Shown: positions 1 through 10,933, numbered from the stretch's first letter. The stretch: 64,000 nt of DNA from Nitrospirota bacterium (GCA_963751455.1 CAVVUN010000009.1:224001-288000), one strand, 5' to 3'. Notes: generated by a model from the letters alone, not told the origin. Numbers and translations: made by a program.

Positions 1-630
1 AGTTGAAGTCGTTTCCCCGGTCATGGGCAACCTCGGCGAAGACAGCGTGCCATTCACGGCATTCACCATGAACAGCGAAAACGAAATCACCTTATGCCCC
101 GAGGGACGCGCTCCTCTCAAAACCCGGAGCAAAGACGACAATCACTCCGCGCTCTTTTCAAAAAAAGCGTGCCGTGGTTGTTCCCGAAAGAACACATGTC
201 CGACGCTGCCCGGCAAAAAGGGCCGCTATCTCCGATACGACGATAAAGCGATCCGTCTGGCCCAGCGACGGGCTCAGGAAGACACTCCCGAGTTTCGGGA
301 CAGGTACCGCTTCCGTGCAGGGGTCGAAGGAACCATGTCTCAGCTTGACCGAATAACCGGCTTCAAGAACTTGCGCGTCCGAGGACTGTCCGCCGTGAGC
401 TTCGCCGCGTACTTGAAGGCTGCCGGAATCAACATTATCCGGGCGGCGGCATTCCGCAAACGGGAAAAGGAAGAGGAATCGGCCCTCATAGCCGCCCTTT
501 CATTGCTATTTTGTGCTGTCAAAGAACGAGTGCAGAATGTTTCAGCCGCCATCGGGCGCTGGATCAGTCTCCGGCCGCTGATTATGCAGTTTAAGGTACT
601 TTACGCCGTTTGACTTCTTACGAATTCATC
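1..630 (+). mobile_element. 3' part of an IS1182/IS5-like (DDE_Tnp_1_6) insertion sequence; right end at about 630
   Basis: Transposase C-terminus followed by the IS-end-like motif GACTTCTTACGAATTCATC (612-630). Identity to the downstream 306-bp-period repeat begins abruptly at 631, marking the junction. Confidence 0.75.
23..613 (+). CDS. DDE transposase, C-terminal part (5' end outside window)
   Basis: CPEG, CRGC..C zinc-like motif and YRFRAGVEGTMSQLDRITGFKNLRVRG, typical of DDE_Tnp_1_6 C-termini. Confidence 0.8.
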   Translation: MGNLGEDSVPFTAFTMNSENEITLCPEGRAPLKTRSKDDNHSALFSKKACRGCSRKNTCPTLPGKKGRYLRYDDKAIRLAQRRAQEDTPEFRDRYRFRAGVEGTMSQLDRITGFKNLRVRGLSAVSFAAYLKAAGINIIRAAAFRKREKEEESALIAALSLLFCAVKERVQNVSAAIGRWISLRPLIMQFKVLYAV

Positions 631-1173
631 AATGTTGATACAGGCGGAAATTGGTTATATAACAATTGGCTTTATCGAACCCTTTGGAACGAGACATATG
701 GCGATATGGTTTATATTGCCTTATCTGGTAATCATGACGCAACTAGTGATCCTGCCATTGTTCTCAGTAGTACCAATGGACTTTTAATGGGACGTGGTAA
801 ATCGGCAGGCGATGGTCTATCTACCGAGTTTATGAGGATAACAAATACGGGCAGCGTCGGCATCGGGGTAGCGAATCCGGGAGAAAAATTAACGCTTTCA
901 GGAAATTTACGCGTTCCCGCGGATAATTTTGGGATAAATGTTGATACAGGCGGAAATTGGTCATATAACAATTGGCTTTATCGAACCCTTTGGAACGAGA
1001 CATATGGCGATATGGTTTATATTGCCTCATCTGGTAATCATGACGCAACTAGCGATCCTGCCATTGTTCTCAGTAGCATAGATGGACTTTTAATGGGACG
1101 TGGTAAATCAACAGGTGATGGTCTATCTAGCGAGTTTATGAGGATAACAAATACGGGCAGCGTCGGCATTGGG
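631..1173 (+). repeat. Direct repeat of about 237 bp (631-867 and 937-1173; period 306 bp)
   Basis: Two near-identical copies encoding NVDTGGNW...TGSVGIG, with about a dozen substitutions. Confidence 0.95.
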
Positions 1174-1821
1174 ACTTCCAGTCCTCAAGAAAATTTGCAT
1201 ATTCAGGAAAACGGGGTAGCGCGTTTGCGTATTGCGGGTTCTGGAGATGGAACGGATGTGGCAGAAATTAATTTATATGATACTACAGATAATAAATTTT
1301 GGATGATTGGGAGAAGAGATAAGGATTTCATGGAGTCCAATAATTTAATCTTTTCTTTTTATGACGGGAGTAGTTGGCATCAACCTTTAAATTTATTGCC
1401 TGACGGAAATTCTGTTTTTAACGGCAATGTCGGTTTTAACGGCAACGTCGGCATCGGGACAGTCCCGGGCCAGAAACTGTCTGTAGCGGGGACCGTTGAA
1501 TCGACATCCGGAGGTTTTAAATTTCCTGATGGTACTATTCAAACGACGGCATCGCGGAACAATGTGAACGCGACCATATATTCTAATAGCACTACCGCCT
1601 GTATTGGTTGCTATGGCTCTGGCGTTACCACAACTGTTTCATGCCCTGCTAATACCGCAATGGTAATAGGGGGCGCAGCTTGTTTGGCTAGCGGTACTGA
1701 CGATAGCATGCTTAAAAAAAGCCATCCGATGCTAAATGACAGTTGGACTGCGACATGCGTACAGGGGTATTGTAGCGGCTGCATAAACGTAACTGTTACT
1801 GCCTATGTAAAGTGCTTATAG
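631..1821 (+). pseudogene. 3' portion of a trimeric fibre/adhesin-like protein (G[NS]VGIG repeats, Cys-rich C-terminal domain), truncated by the IS
   Basis: GSVGIG/GNVGIGT repeats, KLSVAGTVES, GFKFPDGTIQTTA, then a Cys-rich tail (SCPANTAMVIGGAAC). The ORF-track start at 610 lies inside the IS end. Confidence 0.65.
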
Positions 1822-1992
1822 CATTTTGATTTAAGTGCTGCTTTACTGTACTAGGGAAATTGGTTGACCTCGCCATAAGCAGATCCGTGTCTCTTTTTAA
1901 TTAAGGTGCAACAGAAAGAGATCGATGAATTGAGTGAAATTATTGCCATGAAGTAAGGCAACAGCGGGTGTCTGATAATAACGGAGGCTCGA

Positions 1993-4900
1993 ATGCGAGA
2001 TCGGGACGCTGTGAAGAAAAAAATGAGTACTGGGATGGCACGATTGAAAATATCTATTGTGTTGGTATGCGCCTTCTTTTGCGTCCTGCTGATACCCGCA
2101 AAAGATTCTTTTGCTTGCACGGATCTCCCTGTCAGGATAGCAGGTGCAAATCCCGTTTGTTACGCAACACTTCAGGATGCATATGATGTGGCTTTGGACA
2201 ATGCTGTAATTCAGAGCAAAAATATAACACTTTATCAAAAGCTCAATGCCAATCGCAACATAAATGTAACATTACAAGGCGGCTATAATTCCGATTATTC
2301 TGCAGTGGACGGATTCACCTATGTGAAAGGATCGATAACGACTAGCGCAGGTGCCGGAACCGTAACAGCAGGCAATTTTCAAACTTCAGCCGGACCGGTC
2401 GTAGCGATTACGTCTCCACTGCCGGGTCTGACGAATATTACGACAGCGCAGTTGACATATATGGTGAACGATGGGTTGGTCAAAGTATATCTTAATAATA
2501 ACCTAATCTCAAAAGTGTCGGGTGATACACTTGGCCCCTTGACTCCAGATGGCACATATGTAGTCCGCATAGATTCTACGGACTTGCAAGGCACGGTCGG
2601 CTCGGCTAGCGTGACACTGACCATCGACACCACGCCTCCATCAGCCAGCTTTACAATTAACAACGGCGCTGCTTATACCAACAATACTTCAGTTGCTTTA
2701 AATGTTTCTGCGAGCGATGCAAATGGTGTTCGGATGCAGTTCAGCAATGATAACTCCAACTGGTCGAATATGACACCCTTTACCCAGACGGTGAGCTGGG
2801 CGCTCCCCGCAGGTGACGGAGCCAAAACAGTCTATGCCAAGTTTAAAGACTACGCGGGAAACTGGTACCCTGCGCAAAGCAATTCAACAATAATCCTCGA
2901 TACGGTCACCCCATCCACCGCTTTCACGCCTCAGGGTGGTATGTACAATGCGCCGCTTAATGTTGAACTCGCGCCAAGCGAAACGGCAACGATCCATTAC
3001 ACTACAGACGGCACTTCGCCAACGACTTCATCGCCGGTGTACTCGGGTCCTATTAACATAGCAAATAATGCGACAACCACTCTAAAGTTTTTTGCACAAG
3101 ATGCCGCGGGAAACACCGAGAACGTAAAGACAGCCGTATACACGATCGACACCGCCGCGCCAACAGGAACGATTACGATAAACAACCATGCCAAATTAAC
3201 GAATAAAGCGACGGTAATATTGAATCTGAATGCGACGGATACCAACGGCGTATCCGAGATGCAGTTCAGCAATGACAACAACTCGTGGTCCACACCGATG
3301 CCATATGCAGCGAGTGCGAACTGGACACTTACCTCTAGCAACGGGATGAAGACTGTTTACGCCAAGTTCAAAGATACTGTTGGTAATTGGTCTGTGCAGG
3401 AGGTAGCCACGATTTTCTTATCGGACCCTTTAAAGAAAATGCAAGCTGGTTTGTCACAGATAGCAGCCGGCAGCTTCCATAACCTTTACTTGAGCCGGGA
3501 TGGAGTGCTTGAGGGTTGGGGTAGTAATTTATATGGTGAAGTCGGCGACGGAACAGCGGAAAATAAGCCAGGGCCGGTGCGGATAATGACCGCTCCTACC
3601 CAGACCTGGATTGGTATAACGGGAGGCATGCATCACAGCATAGGATTAAAGAGTGACGGGAGCTTGTGGGGATGGGGTATCAATAATAGATATCAACTGA
3701 CGCAGATGATTAACACTGACGAGCAGTTGACGCCGGCAAAGAGTGGAACAGATACTGACTGGATATTTGCATCGGCCGGCATGAACCATACGATGGGCAT
3801 CAAGACGAACGGGTCCCTGTGGGGTTGGGGAGACAATCCTGCTGGCCAGGTAGGTAACAACAGTACAGATAGGCAGCCGATCCCTGTTCGGATAGGGGCG
3901 GATACTGATCACTGGGTGTTGGTATCAGCAGGAGGAAGTCACACGGCAGCAATCAAGAGCGACGAAACGCTCTGGGTCTGGGGTTTCAACAACAATGGTC
4001 AAATAGGCGACGGGACCGCACAAAAACGATTATCGCCGTTCAAGATAGAGACGGATAACGGTCATTGGGTGACTACATCGGCAGGAGGATATCATACGGC
4101 AGCAATCAAGAGCGACGGGACGCTCTGGACCTGGGGCGATAATATCCATGGTCAACTAGGCGATGGGACAGAGACAGATCAAAAATCGCCTATCAAGATA
4201 GGGACCGATAATGACCGCTGGGTGGACGTATCAGCAGGAAAATATCATACGGCAGCGATCAAGAGCGACGGAACGCTTTGGACCTGGGGTTACAATAACA
4301 ATGGTCAATTAGGCGATGGGACAAATACAAATCGAACAACCCCTTTTAAGATAGATACTGCAACAGATTGGGTGGCGGTAGATGCTGGAGACTATCATAC
4401 CATCGCTTTTAAAAGTGACGGGTCGGTATGGACGTGGGGTTTGAACTCATCTGGTCAAGTAGGAGATGGAACGCTCGTTAGTCGGATAACGCCAACTCTA
4501 ATCTTATCGGGGTCGTCTTCCTCAAGCTCTAATGATCCTGACGCCTTCAATGTTTATTGCAACGGAACTGAAAAATATATTGTCGGAGAGAGCACATTTA
4601 CCAGCGGGATGATACTTCCTCCGGCAGGAAGCAACGGGATATTGATCGACTTGCCGTTAGAAGGGTCCACAATTAGCGGTTCAAAGACAATTATCAAAGG
4701 TTCAATAGACACGACAATTCCCGTGAACAAAGTAGTCGTCCAGGTTATTTCGAATGTTTCAGGATCAAACAGCTATGTAGCTCAAGTAAACGCAAATTAT
4801 TTTGCAGCAAAGATTATTTTAGCAGAAGGCGCAAATACCGTAACAGCCATTTCTTATGACAAAAACGGCGGTCAGCATCAGATGACCATTTCAATCAATG

Positions 4901-5508
4901 CGACTGCGCAAACAGAAGGTGTAAGCCTTGTTGCAACTCCGGGCTCGGGGATTCCGACCACCAAAGAGAACGGCCAGAGTGGGCTCGACGTGATTTTGAC
5001 CGCTGAGCCAACGCTTTTGAGCGCTCCCACAAGTTACATTTGGGATTTTATCGGATCAGGTTCGGATCAGCTTAAATGCTTTACCCATTCAATTGCAGCG
5101 GTAGAGTACCAGCAGCCAAGTTTGTATTTAACACAAGTTACTGCGACGGATACGGTGGGAAACACATACTCGGATACAGTAATTATAAATGTACTTGATG
5201 TGGCTCAAATGAACGCTATTCTGAAACCAATATGGAGTGATATAAAGATTGCGCTGGCGAATGACAATATTGCTGCTGCACTGAACGGCATTTCGGAAAA
5301 TGCCAAAGCTACATACCAGAGTAATTTTGAGTTGTTGCGGGACTATTTACCTCAAATTGCACAGGACATGGGAGATATAACGTTAAAGAGAATGGAGGAA
5401 AACACCGCTGAAATGGAGTTGCTGATGACTCAGGATGGGGTTCTGCGGTCATATTACCTGGAATTCAAAAGAGCTGAGGACGGATCATGGAAGTTGAATT
5501 TCTTTTAG
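1993..5508 (+). CDS. Secreted multidomain surface protein: Ig-like repeats, Fn3-associated domain, RCC1 beta-propeller, Ig/PKD-like domains and a C-terminal alpha/beta domain
   Basis: Signal peptide; two copies of TINN...KTVYAKFKD; IHYTTDGTSP; about 7 RCC1 repeats (SAGxYHTAAIKSDGTLWTWGxNxxGQLGDG); C-terminal YLEFKRAEDGSWKL. Confidence 0.85.
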   Translation: MRDRDAVKKKMSTGMARLKISIVLVCAFFCVLLIPAKDSFACTDLPVRIAGANPVCYATLQDAYDVALDNAVIQSKNITLYQKLNANRNINVTLQGGYNSDYSAVDGFTYVKGSITTSAGAGTVTAGNFQTSAGPVVAITSPLPGLTNITTAQLTYMVNDGLVKVYLNNNLISKVSGDTLGPLTPDGTYVVRIDSTDLQGTVGSASVTLTIDTTPPSASFTINNGAAYTNNTSVALNVSASDANGVRMQFSNDNSNWSNMTPFTQTVSWALPAGDGAKTVYAKFKDYAGNWYPAQSNSTIILDTVTPSTAFTPQGGMYNAPLNVELAPSETATIHYTTDGTSPTTSSPVYSGPINIANNATTTLKFFAQDAAGNTENVKTAVYTIDTAAPTGTITINNHAKLTNKATVILNLNATDTNGVSEMQFSNDNNSWSTPMPYAASANWTLTSSNGMKTVYAKFKDTVGNWSVQEVATIFLSDPLKKMQAGLSQIAAGSFHNLYLSRDGVLEGWGSNLYGEVGDGTAENKPGPVRIMTAPTQTWIGITGGMHHSIGLKSDGSLWGWGINNRYQLTQMINTDEQLTPAKSGTDTDWIFASAGMNHTMGIKTNGSLWGWGDNPAGQVGNNSTDRQPIPVRIGADTDHWVLVSAGGSHTAAIKSDETLWVWGFNNNGQIGDGTAQKRLSPFKIETDNGHWVTTSAGGYHTAAIKSDGTLWTWGDNIHGQLGDGTETDQKSPIKIGTDNDRWVDVSAGKYHTAAIKSDGTLWTWGYNNNGQLGDGTNTNRTTPFKIDTATDWVAVDAGDYHTIAFKSDGSVWTWGLNSSGQVGDGTLVSRITPTLILSGSSSSSSNDPDAFNVYCNGTEKYIVGESTFTSGMILPPAGSNGILIDLPLEGSTISGSKTIIKGSIDTTIPVNKVVVQVISNVSGSNSYVAQVNANYFAAKIILAEGANTVTAISYDKNGGQHQMTISINATAQTEGVSLVATPGSGIPTTKENGQSGLDVILTAEPTLLSAPTSYIWDFIGSGSDQLKCFTHSIAAVEYQQPSLYLTQVTATDTVGNTYSDTVIINVLDVAQMNAILKPIWSDIKIALANDNIAAALNGISENAKATYQSNFELLRDYLPQIAQDMGDITLKRMEENTAEMELLMTQDGVLRSYYLEFKRAEDGSWKLNFF

Positions 5509-5574
5509 AAGATAAGGTCGAGGTAATCTCCCCCCAGATACTTTACGTCAAAGAGATAGGAGCTACTTAAAATC

Positions 5575-6192
5575 ATGAGGCTAGTGAAAATTATCATAGT
5601 AGTTGGATTCTTTCTTTTCTCCGTTGAGACCATTTCTGAGGCAGGCTGGCTCATATATCATAAGCCGGCATTCCAGGGGAAGGTAATCGATGCCGAGACC
5701 AAAAAGCCGATTGAGGGGGCGGTCATCGTTGCAGTGTACAACAAGACGACTGTGGGTCTCGGAGCAGGCAATATTTCATCCATAATAAGTGTGCGAGAGA
5801 CTTTAACAGACAAGGATGGAACATTTCTAATCCCTTCATATACGACGATCATTCAACCATTTTCATGGGAGGATAGCGCAAGCTTTATCATATTCAAGCC
5901 TGGTTACGGAAACTTCCCAGATAAACGAGTGTATCCGCCAGGCCTCAGTTTGCCCGATCAAGAGAAATTTTTCAGCATGGGCGTTGGGGCTGAGCTATAC
6001 ATGGAAACACAGGTAGGTTTGGAATTTAAGGTTGCAACTCTTAAAACCGGCATCGTCGAACTTCCCAAGCTAAGGACGAAGGAAGAACGGTGGCATGCGA
6101 GCTTTGTTGGAGTAGCAGGGTACTCAGAAAAAGAATTGCCTTTGTTATATAAAGCAAGAAGTGAGGAAGACAAAGCATTAGGCATAAAGTGA
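5575..6192 (+). CDS. Exported protein with a carboxypeptidase-regulatory-like (transthyretin-like) beta-sandwich
   Basis: N-terminal hydrophobic segment; GKVIDAETKKPIEGAVIV...TDKDGTF.IP...IFKPGY; AGGAG upstream. Confidence 0.7.
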   Translation: MRLVKIIIVVGFFLFSVETISEAGWLIYHKPAFQGKVIDAETKKPIEGAVIVAVYNKTTVGLGAGNISSIISVRETLTDKDGTFLIPSYTTIIQPFSWEDSASFIIFKPGYGNFPDKRVYPPGLSLPDQEKFFSMGVGAELYMETQVGLEFKVATLKTGIVELPKLRTKEERWHASFVGVAGYSEKELPLLYKARSEEDKALGIK

Positions 6193-7315
6193 GGGTCTTC
6201 AAATGAATAAACTAATTTCAACATCGATTTTGATGATAGTTATCCTCTTTGGCAAAATGAATACCATCTCTGCCTTAGATGTTATAACTCATAAGGCAAT
6301 TAACGAAAATATTGCTCAAAACAAGCTAAATGGATTTTCTTTGGATTTATATTTAATAAACCAGCTTGGAATTAATAACGGTGTGAAGGAAAAATTCAAC
6401 TCCTCAATGACGTGGGAATTACTTCGCGATGGTGGTGAATTCGAAGACATCCCTGTTTGGTACATGATATATCGTCGCTCGGTCAATCATTTTCACAATC
6501 CGTTAAGACCCCTAGTCGATGCAGGTTTCACCGGCGTTTGGGGTACATATATTTTAAGCGGGCAATCAGCCATCTTGTGGTCACAAAACCAGCTCGGCAT
6601 GCAAGATCCAGGCGGATTTTATTCCTGGTATGATGTGAGAAACTATTTTTACAGTGGGCTTACAGCTTATGATAAGAAAACGCGAGATACAAACTTTGCC
6701 GAAACCTTCAGAGGCCTAGGCCAGCTCATGCACTTGGTACAGGACATGAGTGTGCCAGAACACGCGAGAGATGACGGGCATTATTCAGATGCATATGAGG
6801 AATGGGTAAAATCAAAACCCGATTTGATTAAAACTTTGATGCAAAATCCTGTATATTTTGATAGTTTCGCTTTGGCTCAACCAACAGCCTTTGGTGCGGA
6901 AGCCTCTGTCCCCATTGCAAACTTATTCGATACGAACCAATATGGCGGGACGAACCCAAACCCACAGGTAACGACACAATATTTTACTATCGTATCTACC
7001 CCGACAGGTCCAATCGGCGTGGATAAAATCGGCCTCTCTGAATACACTAACGCCAATTTCCTTAGCCTAGATACAATGTTCACCGATAATTTGCCACCGG
7101 CGAGTAGCAAATATTTCCCATATCCAAAGAGAGCCAACGCAGCGCTTTGGAATGATACGATGAACAATAGATATTATTTTAAAAAGACAGGAGACGGCGA
7201 ACCAATCAATCACCTGGCGCATTGCGGGCTGATATGTATGTCAATGTTGTATAGTGGACCCCAATTTTCGGACAATAGTTTAAGATGGTAACCTGCCGTT
7301 AAAAAGGAGCAGGTT

Positions 7316-7609
7316 TTGAGCGAAAAAAAGCGCAAAAATTTCAGCAGTCAGTTCAAAGCCAAGGTCGCGCTTGAGGCGATCCGAGGTGTCAAGACAGTAA
7401 CCGAAATTGCCCAGGCGTTCGGCGTACATCCAACGCAAGTGGGGCAGTGGAAAAAGGTTTTGCAAGATCAGGCTGCGGGCATATTTGACACTACGCGCGG
7501 TCCCGCGCCGGTAGATCCTGCTGCCAGTTCGGAGCGGCTCTACTCCGAGATCGGACGGCTGAAGATGGAACTGGACTGGCTTAAAAAAAAGTCCGGGATC
7601 AGCCTATAG
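7316..7609 (+). CDS. IS3 OrfA (HTH)
   Basis: RKNFSSQFKAKVALEA...VHPTQVGQWKK...ELDWLKKK; slippery A8G at 7583-7591 for -1 frameshifting. Confidence 0.92.
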   Translation: MSEKKRKNFSSQFKAKVALEAIRGVKTVTEIAQAFGVHPTQVGQWKKVLQDQAAGIFDTTRGPAPVDPAASSERLYSEIGRLKMELDWLKKKSGISL

Positions 7610-7644
7610 CGGACCGGCGGCACTGGGTAGATACCAAAAACCCC

Positions 7645-8568
7645 TTGGCGCTGACCAAACAATGCGAATTGGCAGGTGTCAACCGGTCCACTTTCTATGC
7701 GCCGCATCTGACTACCGACCCGGACGAGCTGGAATTGACCCTGCTGAGTGAGATCGACGCCGAATACACCCGGCATCCGTTCTACGGCAGCCGCAAAATA
7801 ACCGTGTACTTGTGCGGCATAGGGCATCAGGTCAACCGAAAACGGATACAGCGGCTAATGGGCATTCTGGGGCTGGCAGGCATGGCACCGGGACCGAACA
7901 CCAGCCGCCCCAGCCCGCAGCACATGGTTTATCCATATCTGCTCAGAGGCGTATCGGTGACACGACCCAATCAGGTATGGAGCACTGACATCACCTACAT
8001 CCGCCTGGCGCGGGGATTTGTGTACCTGGTGGCCGTGATCGACTGGTACTCACGCAAAGTGCTGGCATGGCGATTATCAAACACGCTCGATAGCAGCTTC
8101 TGCGTGGACTGCCTAGAACAGGCATTACAGACATACGGCATCCCCGAGATCTTCAACACCGATCAGGGCTGCCAGTTCACCTCTGAGGCCTTCACCGGCG
8201 TGCTCAAGGCGCACTGCATTAACATCAGCATGGACGGCCGCGGCCGTGCATTGGACAATATCTTCGTGGAACGGCTATGGCGGAGCGTAAAGCACGAAGA
8301 CGTATATTTAAAAGGGTACGCCACAGTACCTGAAGCGCAACTGGGGCTGACGAAATACTTTATGTTCTACAACACGGAAAGAACACATCAATCATTGGAC
8401 TACAGCACACCGGATGTGATCTATCAAACAGCGAACGGCGGTGGAGCAAGGATTGTGGATAAATTCAAAGAGCGAAAAGAACCTCAGGGAGAGGTAGAAA
8501 CCGGGGCAGCGCCATGCAGCTGCGGCTTGGTCGGTTACCATCTTAATCTCACCCCTTTATTGTCTTGA
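7645..8568 (+). CDS. IS3 OrfB (integrase-core DDE transposase)
   Basis: WSTDITYI, FNTDQGCQFTS, DNIFVERLWRSVKHE. Confidence 0.95.
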   Translation: MALTKQCELAGVNRSTFYAPHLTTDPDELELTLLSEIDAEYTRHPFYGSRKITVYLCGIGHQVNRKRIQRLMGILGLAGMAPGPNTSRPSPQHMVYPYLLRGVSVTRPNQVWSTDITYIRLARGFVYLVAVIDWYSRKVLAWRLSNTLDSSFCVDCLEQALQTYGIPEIFNTDQGCQFTSEAFTGVLKAHCINISMDGRGRALDNIFVERLWRSVKHEDVYLKGYATVPEAQLGLTKYFMFYNTERTHQSLDYSTPDVIYQTANGGGARIVDKFKERKEPQGEVETGAAPCSCGLVGYHLNLTPLLS

Positions 8569-9889
8569 CAGAGGGGTCCACTTAATTGAGATATTCCCCT
8601 AATAGCTCTTTCGCGTTGGGATTGGACGATAGATGCAATGAAGAATATGCGTCCAAGCTCATTCCACGCGCTGTTGGTTACTCCGCCGGTCTCCTGAATT
8701 ACTTCTTCCGGGGCAGTATCAATATGAAAATTGATCCCAATGGGGTAGGGTATGTTATCGAGAACAAATCAAACGAAACGTTAACAGGCACCTTCAGTCT
8801 GTATTACGACAAACTAAACGGCGAAAGGGTTCCTATAATTAGTTGGCCCCTTCCCTCGATTAATCCAAACGGTCAAGGCATAGTAAGTTTTACTGCACCT
8901 ACAGATCCGTATCGAAATGACCCGAATAGTTATATCCTTGTTTTTAATGGACAAATGGGGTACGAGACGAACGCGGTAATTGGAAAAGTAGTACGAGATT
9001 TGCCACTTCCTGCTCCCATTCCTGAACCTCCTTTAAATGGTTATATTTATGGACCACCCAGAGATCCAGGCTTGAAATGGAGCGCTGTTAGCGGGTCTGG
9101 TATCTACGAAATTTGTATAGATTGCTCCGGATCTGCAGGGACACCTATAATTGTTGATTCTACGACTTATCCGGATGTTGCTGATTTATCAGCGGGCTCT
9201 CACACTTGGAAAGTAAGGACATTAACCTACTCAGGTACTCCAGGCCCATGTCTAATACAATCACTTTCATGAAATGCGATTATTTACCCGCACCTTCTAT
9301 CGTTTCACCACCGGCTAATGGTTCAACAGTAAATAATCCCGTACTTGATTGGAGCTACGTCTATGAAGATGGTCATCCTGTTGATTCATTTAGAATCCAG
9401 ATATCGAGCGCAAATTATTTAAAAATATTGACTCCATCTGTTTCGATATATGATACATCTTTACTAGGCCTTGTTGATGGGAATTATTTTTGGTCTGTAG
9501 CCGCGATTGATAGTCATGGGGTAGAGGGTGATTATTCGACGGGGCAGTGGACAGAGATTGGTAGTGATCCTAGCTATTCTTTAAGTCTTGTATTCAGCCC
9601 TGAAGATCCGATAGCCGGCCAGGACGTTGTTGTAAAAGCATGTTTGTTACCTCCCCGTACTAATGTTAGCATCGATTTCACCGTATCTGGGACCGATGGG
9701 TATAATCCGCCTGTCGAGACAAAGCTTACCGGGAGTGACGGTTGCGCAACTATCATCGTTTGGGGCGATGTGGAGCCCGGTACTAAGGATACGGTTACTG
9801 CGCAGGCACTCAGCCTTGGCCTTACTACTGTTATTACTTATACATTCTAATACTGGGACTTCTAGGAAATAGACAATCCTAGTGTTATT

Positions 9890-10886
9890 TTACGCGCAAA
9901 AATGGTCCAGACAATCGAAGAATTGGACCGATATGCATGGACCGGACACCGGGCTGTTATCGGCAAGGCTGACCGGCCATGGATGGACATTGATGCCGTT
10001 TTGTCCGAGTTTGGAGGCACAAGAAAAAAAGCAATTCTTGAATACCGACGGTTTATGCGAGCGGGCGCGATGGAAGGGCATGACCCTCTTTTAACCGGAG
10101 GCGGCGAAGAGGGAATCTCTTCGGTCATGAGAAAGCAACTCACCTGGTACGCTCAGCACTACAACCGTCGCCATAAAAGGACTGGACACCTTTTCGAAAA
10201 TCGGTATAAATCCATTATTTGCGAAGAGGTGACATACCTTCTGGCACTCGTTCGCTACATCCACCTTAATCCCATCAGGGCCAAGATGATCCAAACAATG
10301 GAAGAGCTGGATCGGTATCCATGGAGCGGCCACTGGGTTATTATGGGCAAAACCAGCCATCCATGGATGGATATCGATACCGTTTTATCCGAGTTCGGAG
10401 GAACAAGGAAAAAAGCGGTTCTTGAATATCGGCGATTCGTACAGGAGGGGATTACAGGAGGGGCGTAACCCGACATTAACCGGTGGAGGCTTGATCAGGA
10501 GCCAGGGTGGGTGGTCGCAAGTATTGGCCATGCGAAGAAGGGGGCAAAAAGAAGAATACGATGATCGAATACTGGGGAGCGGCTCTTTCGTGAATACGAT
10601 CTTCAAAGAGGCTGAAGAACGGCAGCTCCGGCAGATGAAACACAAACTCGGCGGGAAGACTATCCAGAAGATCATCGATGAAGAATGTAAAGAAAAGCAG
10701 ATTAACCAGCGGGAGCTGAAGGCCGGCGGCAAACGCGCAATCGTGAGTACGGCGCGAGCCGTTATTGCTCATCGCTGCCGTGAGGAGCTAGGGGCATCAG
10801 CTGCGGAAATTGCACGACATCTGGGAGTCAACACCTCATGTATTGTGCGCTCGATTGCGCGGATAGTGAGCCGGGAGGAAGAGTGA
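9890..10886 (+). pseudogene. Fragmented REP-associated tyrosine transposase (Y1_Tnp + DnaA_C-like HTH) containing two paralogous segments
   Basis: YAQHYNRRHKRTGHLFENRYKS, YIHLNPIRA, YPWSGH and C-terminal AEIARHLGV. The N-terminal HUH region is missing; 9902-10105 and 10287-10490 are diverged copies. Confidence 0.75.
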
Positions 10887-10933
10887 AGAAGAAGGCAAGC
10901 ATAGAATGTCCATTTGTTATTTATTACTCTCGC

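Larger units (their letters stand above)
7250..8585 (+). mobile_element. Complete IS3-family insertion sequence (1336 bp) with 3-bp target duplication TTG
   Basis: IRL TATAGTGGACCCC and IRR GGGGTCCACTTAA; TTG at 7247-7249 and 8586-8588; inner inverted repeat TAAGATGGTAACC/GGTTACCATCTTA. Confidence 0.95.
6203..9850 (+). pseudogene. Secreted Zn-dependent phospholipase C / S1-P1 nuclease-like protein with C-terminal Fn3/Ig-like domains, interrupted by IS3 (plus one frameshift near 9245)
   Basis: Signal peptide then LDVITH; D..(x)..NHFHNP; LGQLMHLVQDMSVPEHARDDGH..YEEW. Removing the IS rejoins 6203-7249 in frame with 8589 onward (ICMSML|RYSPNS). Confidence 0.75.

Noticed and set aside
610-630. 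TTG at 610 as the start of the 403-aa ORF
   Set aside because: It lies within the IS terminal sequence; the ORF is the 3' part of an interrupted gene.
631-1173. Repeat pair as a DGR template/variable region
   Set aside because: Differences are mixed (T/C, G/A, C/A, C/G) rather than adenine-specific, both copies are in frame in one gene, and no reverse transcriptase is in the window.
3900-4400. 159-bp periodic DNA repeats as a CRISPR array
   Set aside because: They are in-frame RCC1 protein repeats, not constant repeats with unique spacers; no cas genes are present.
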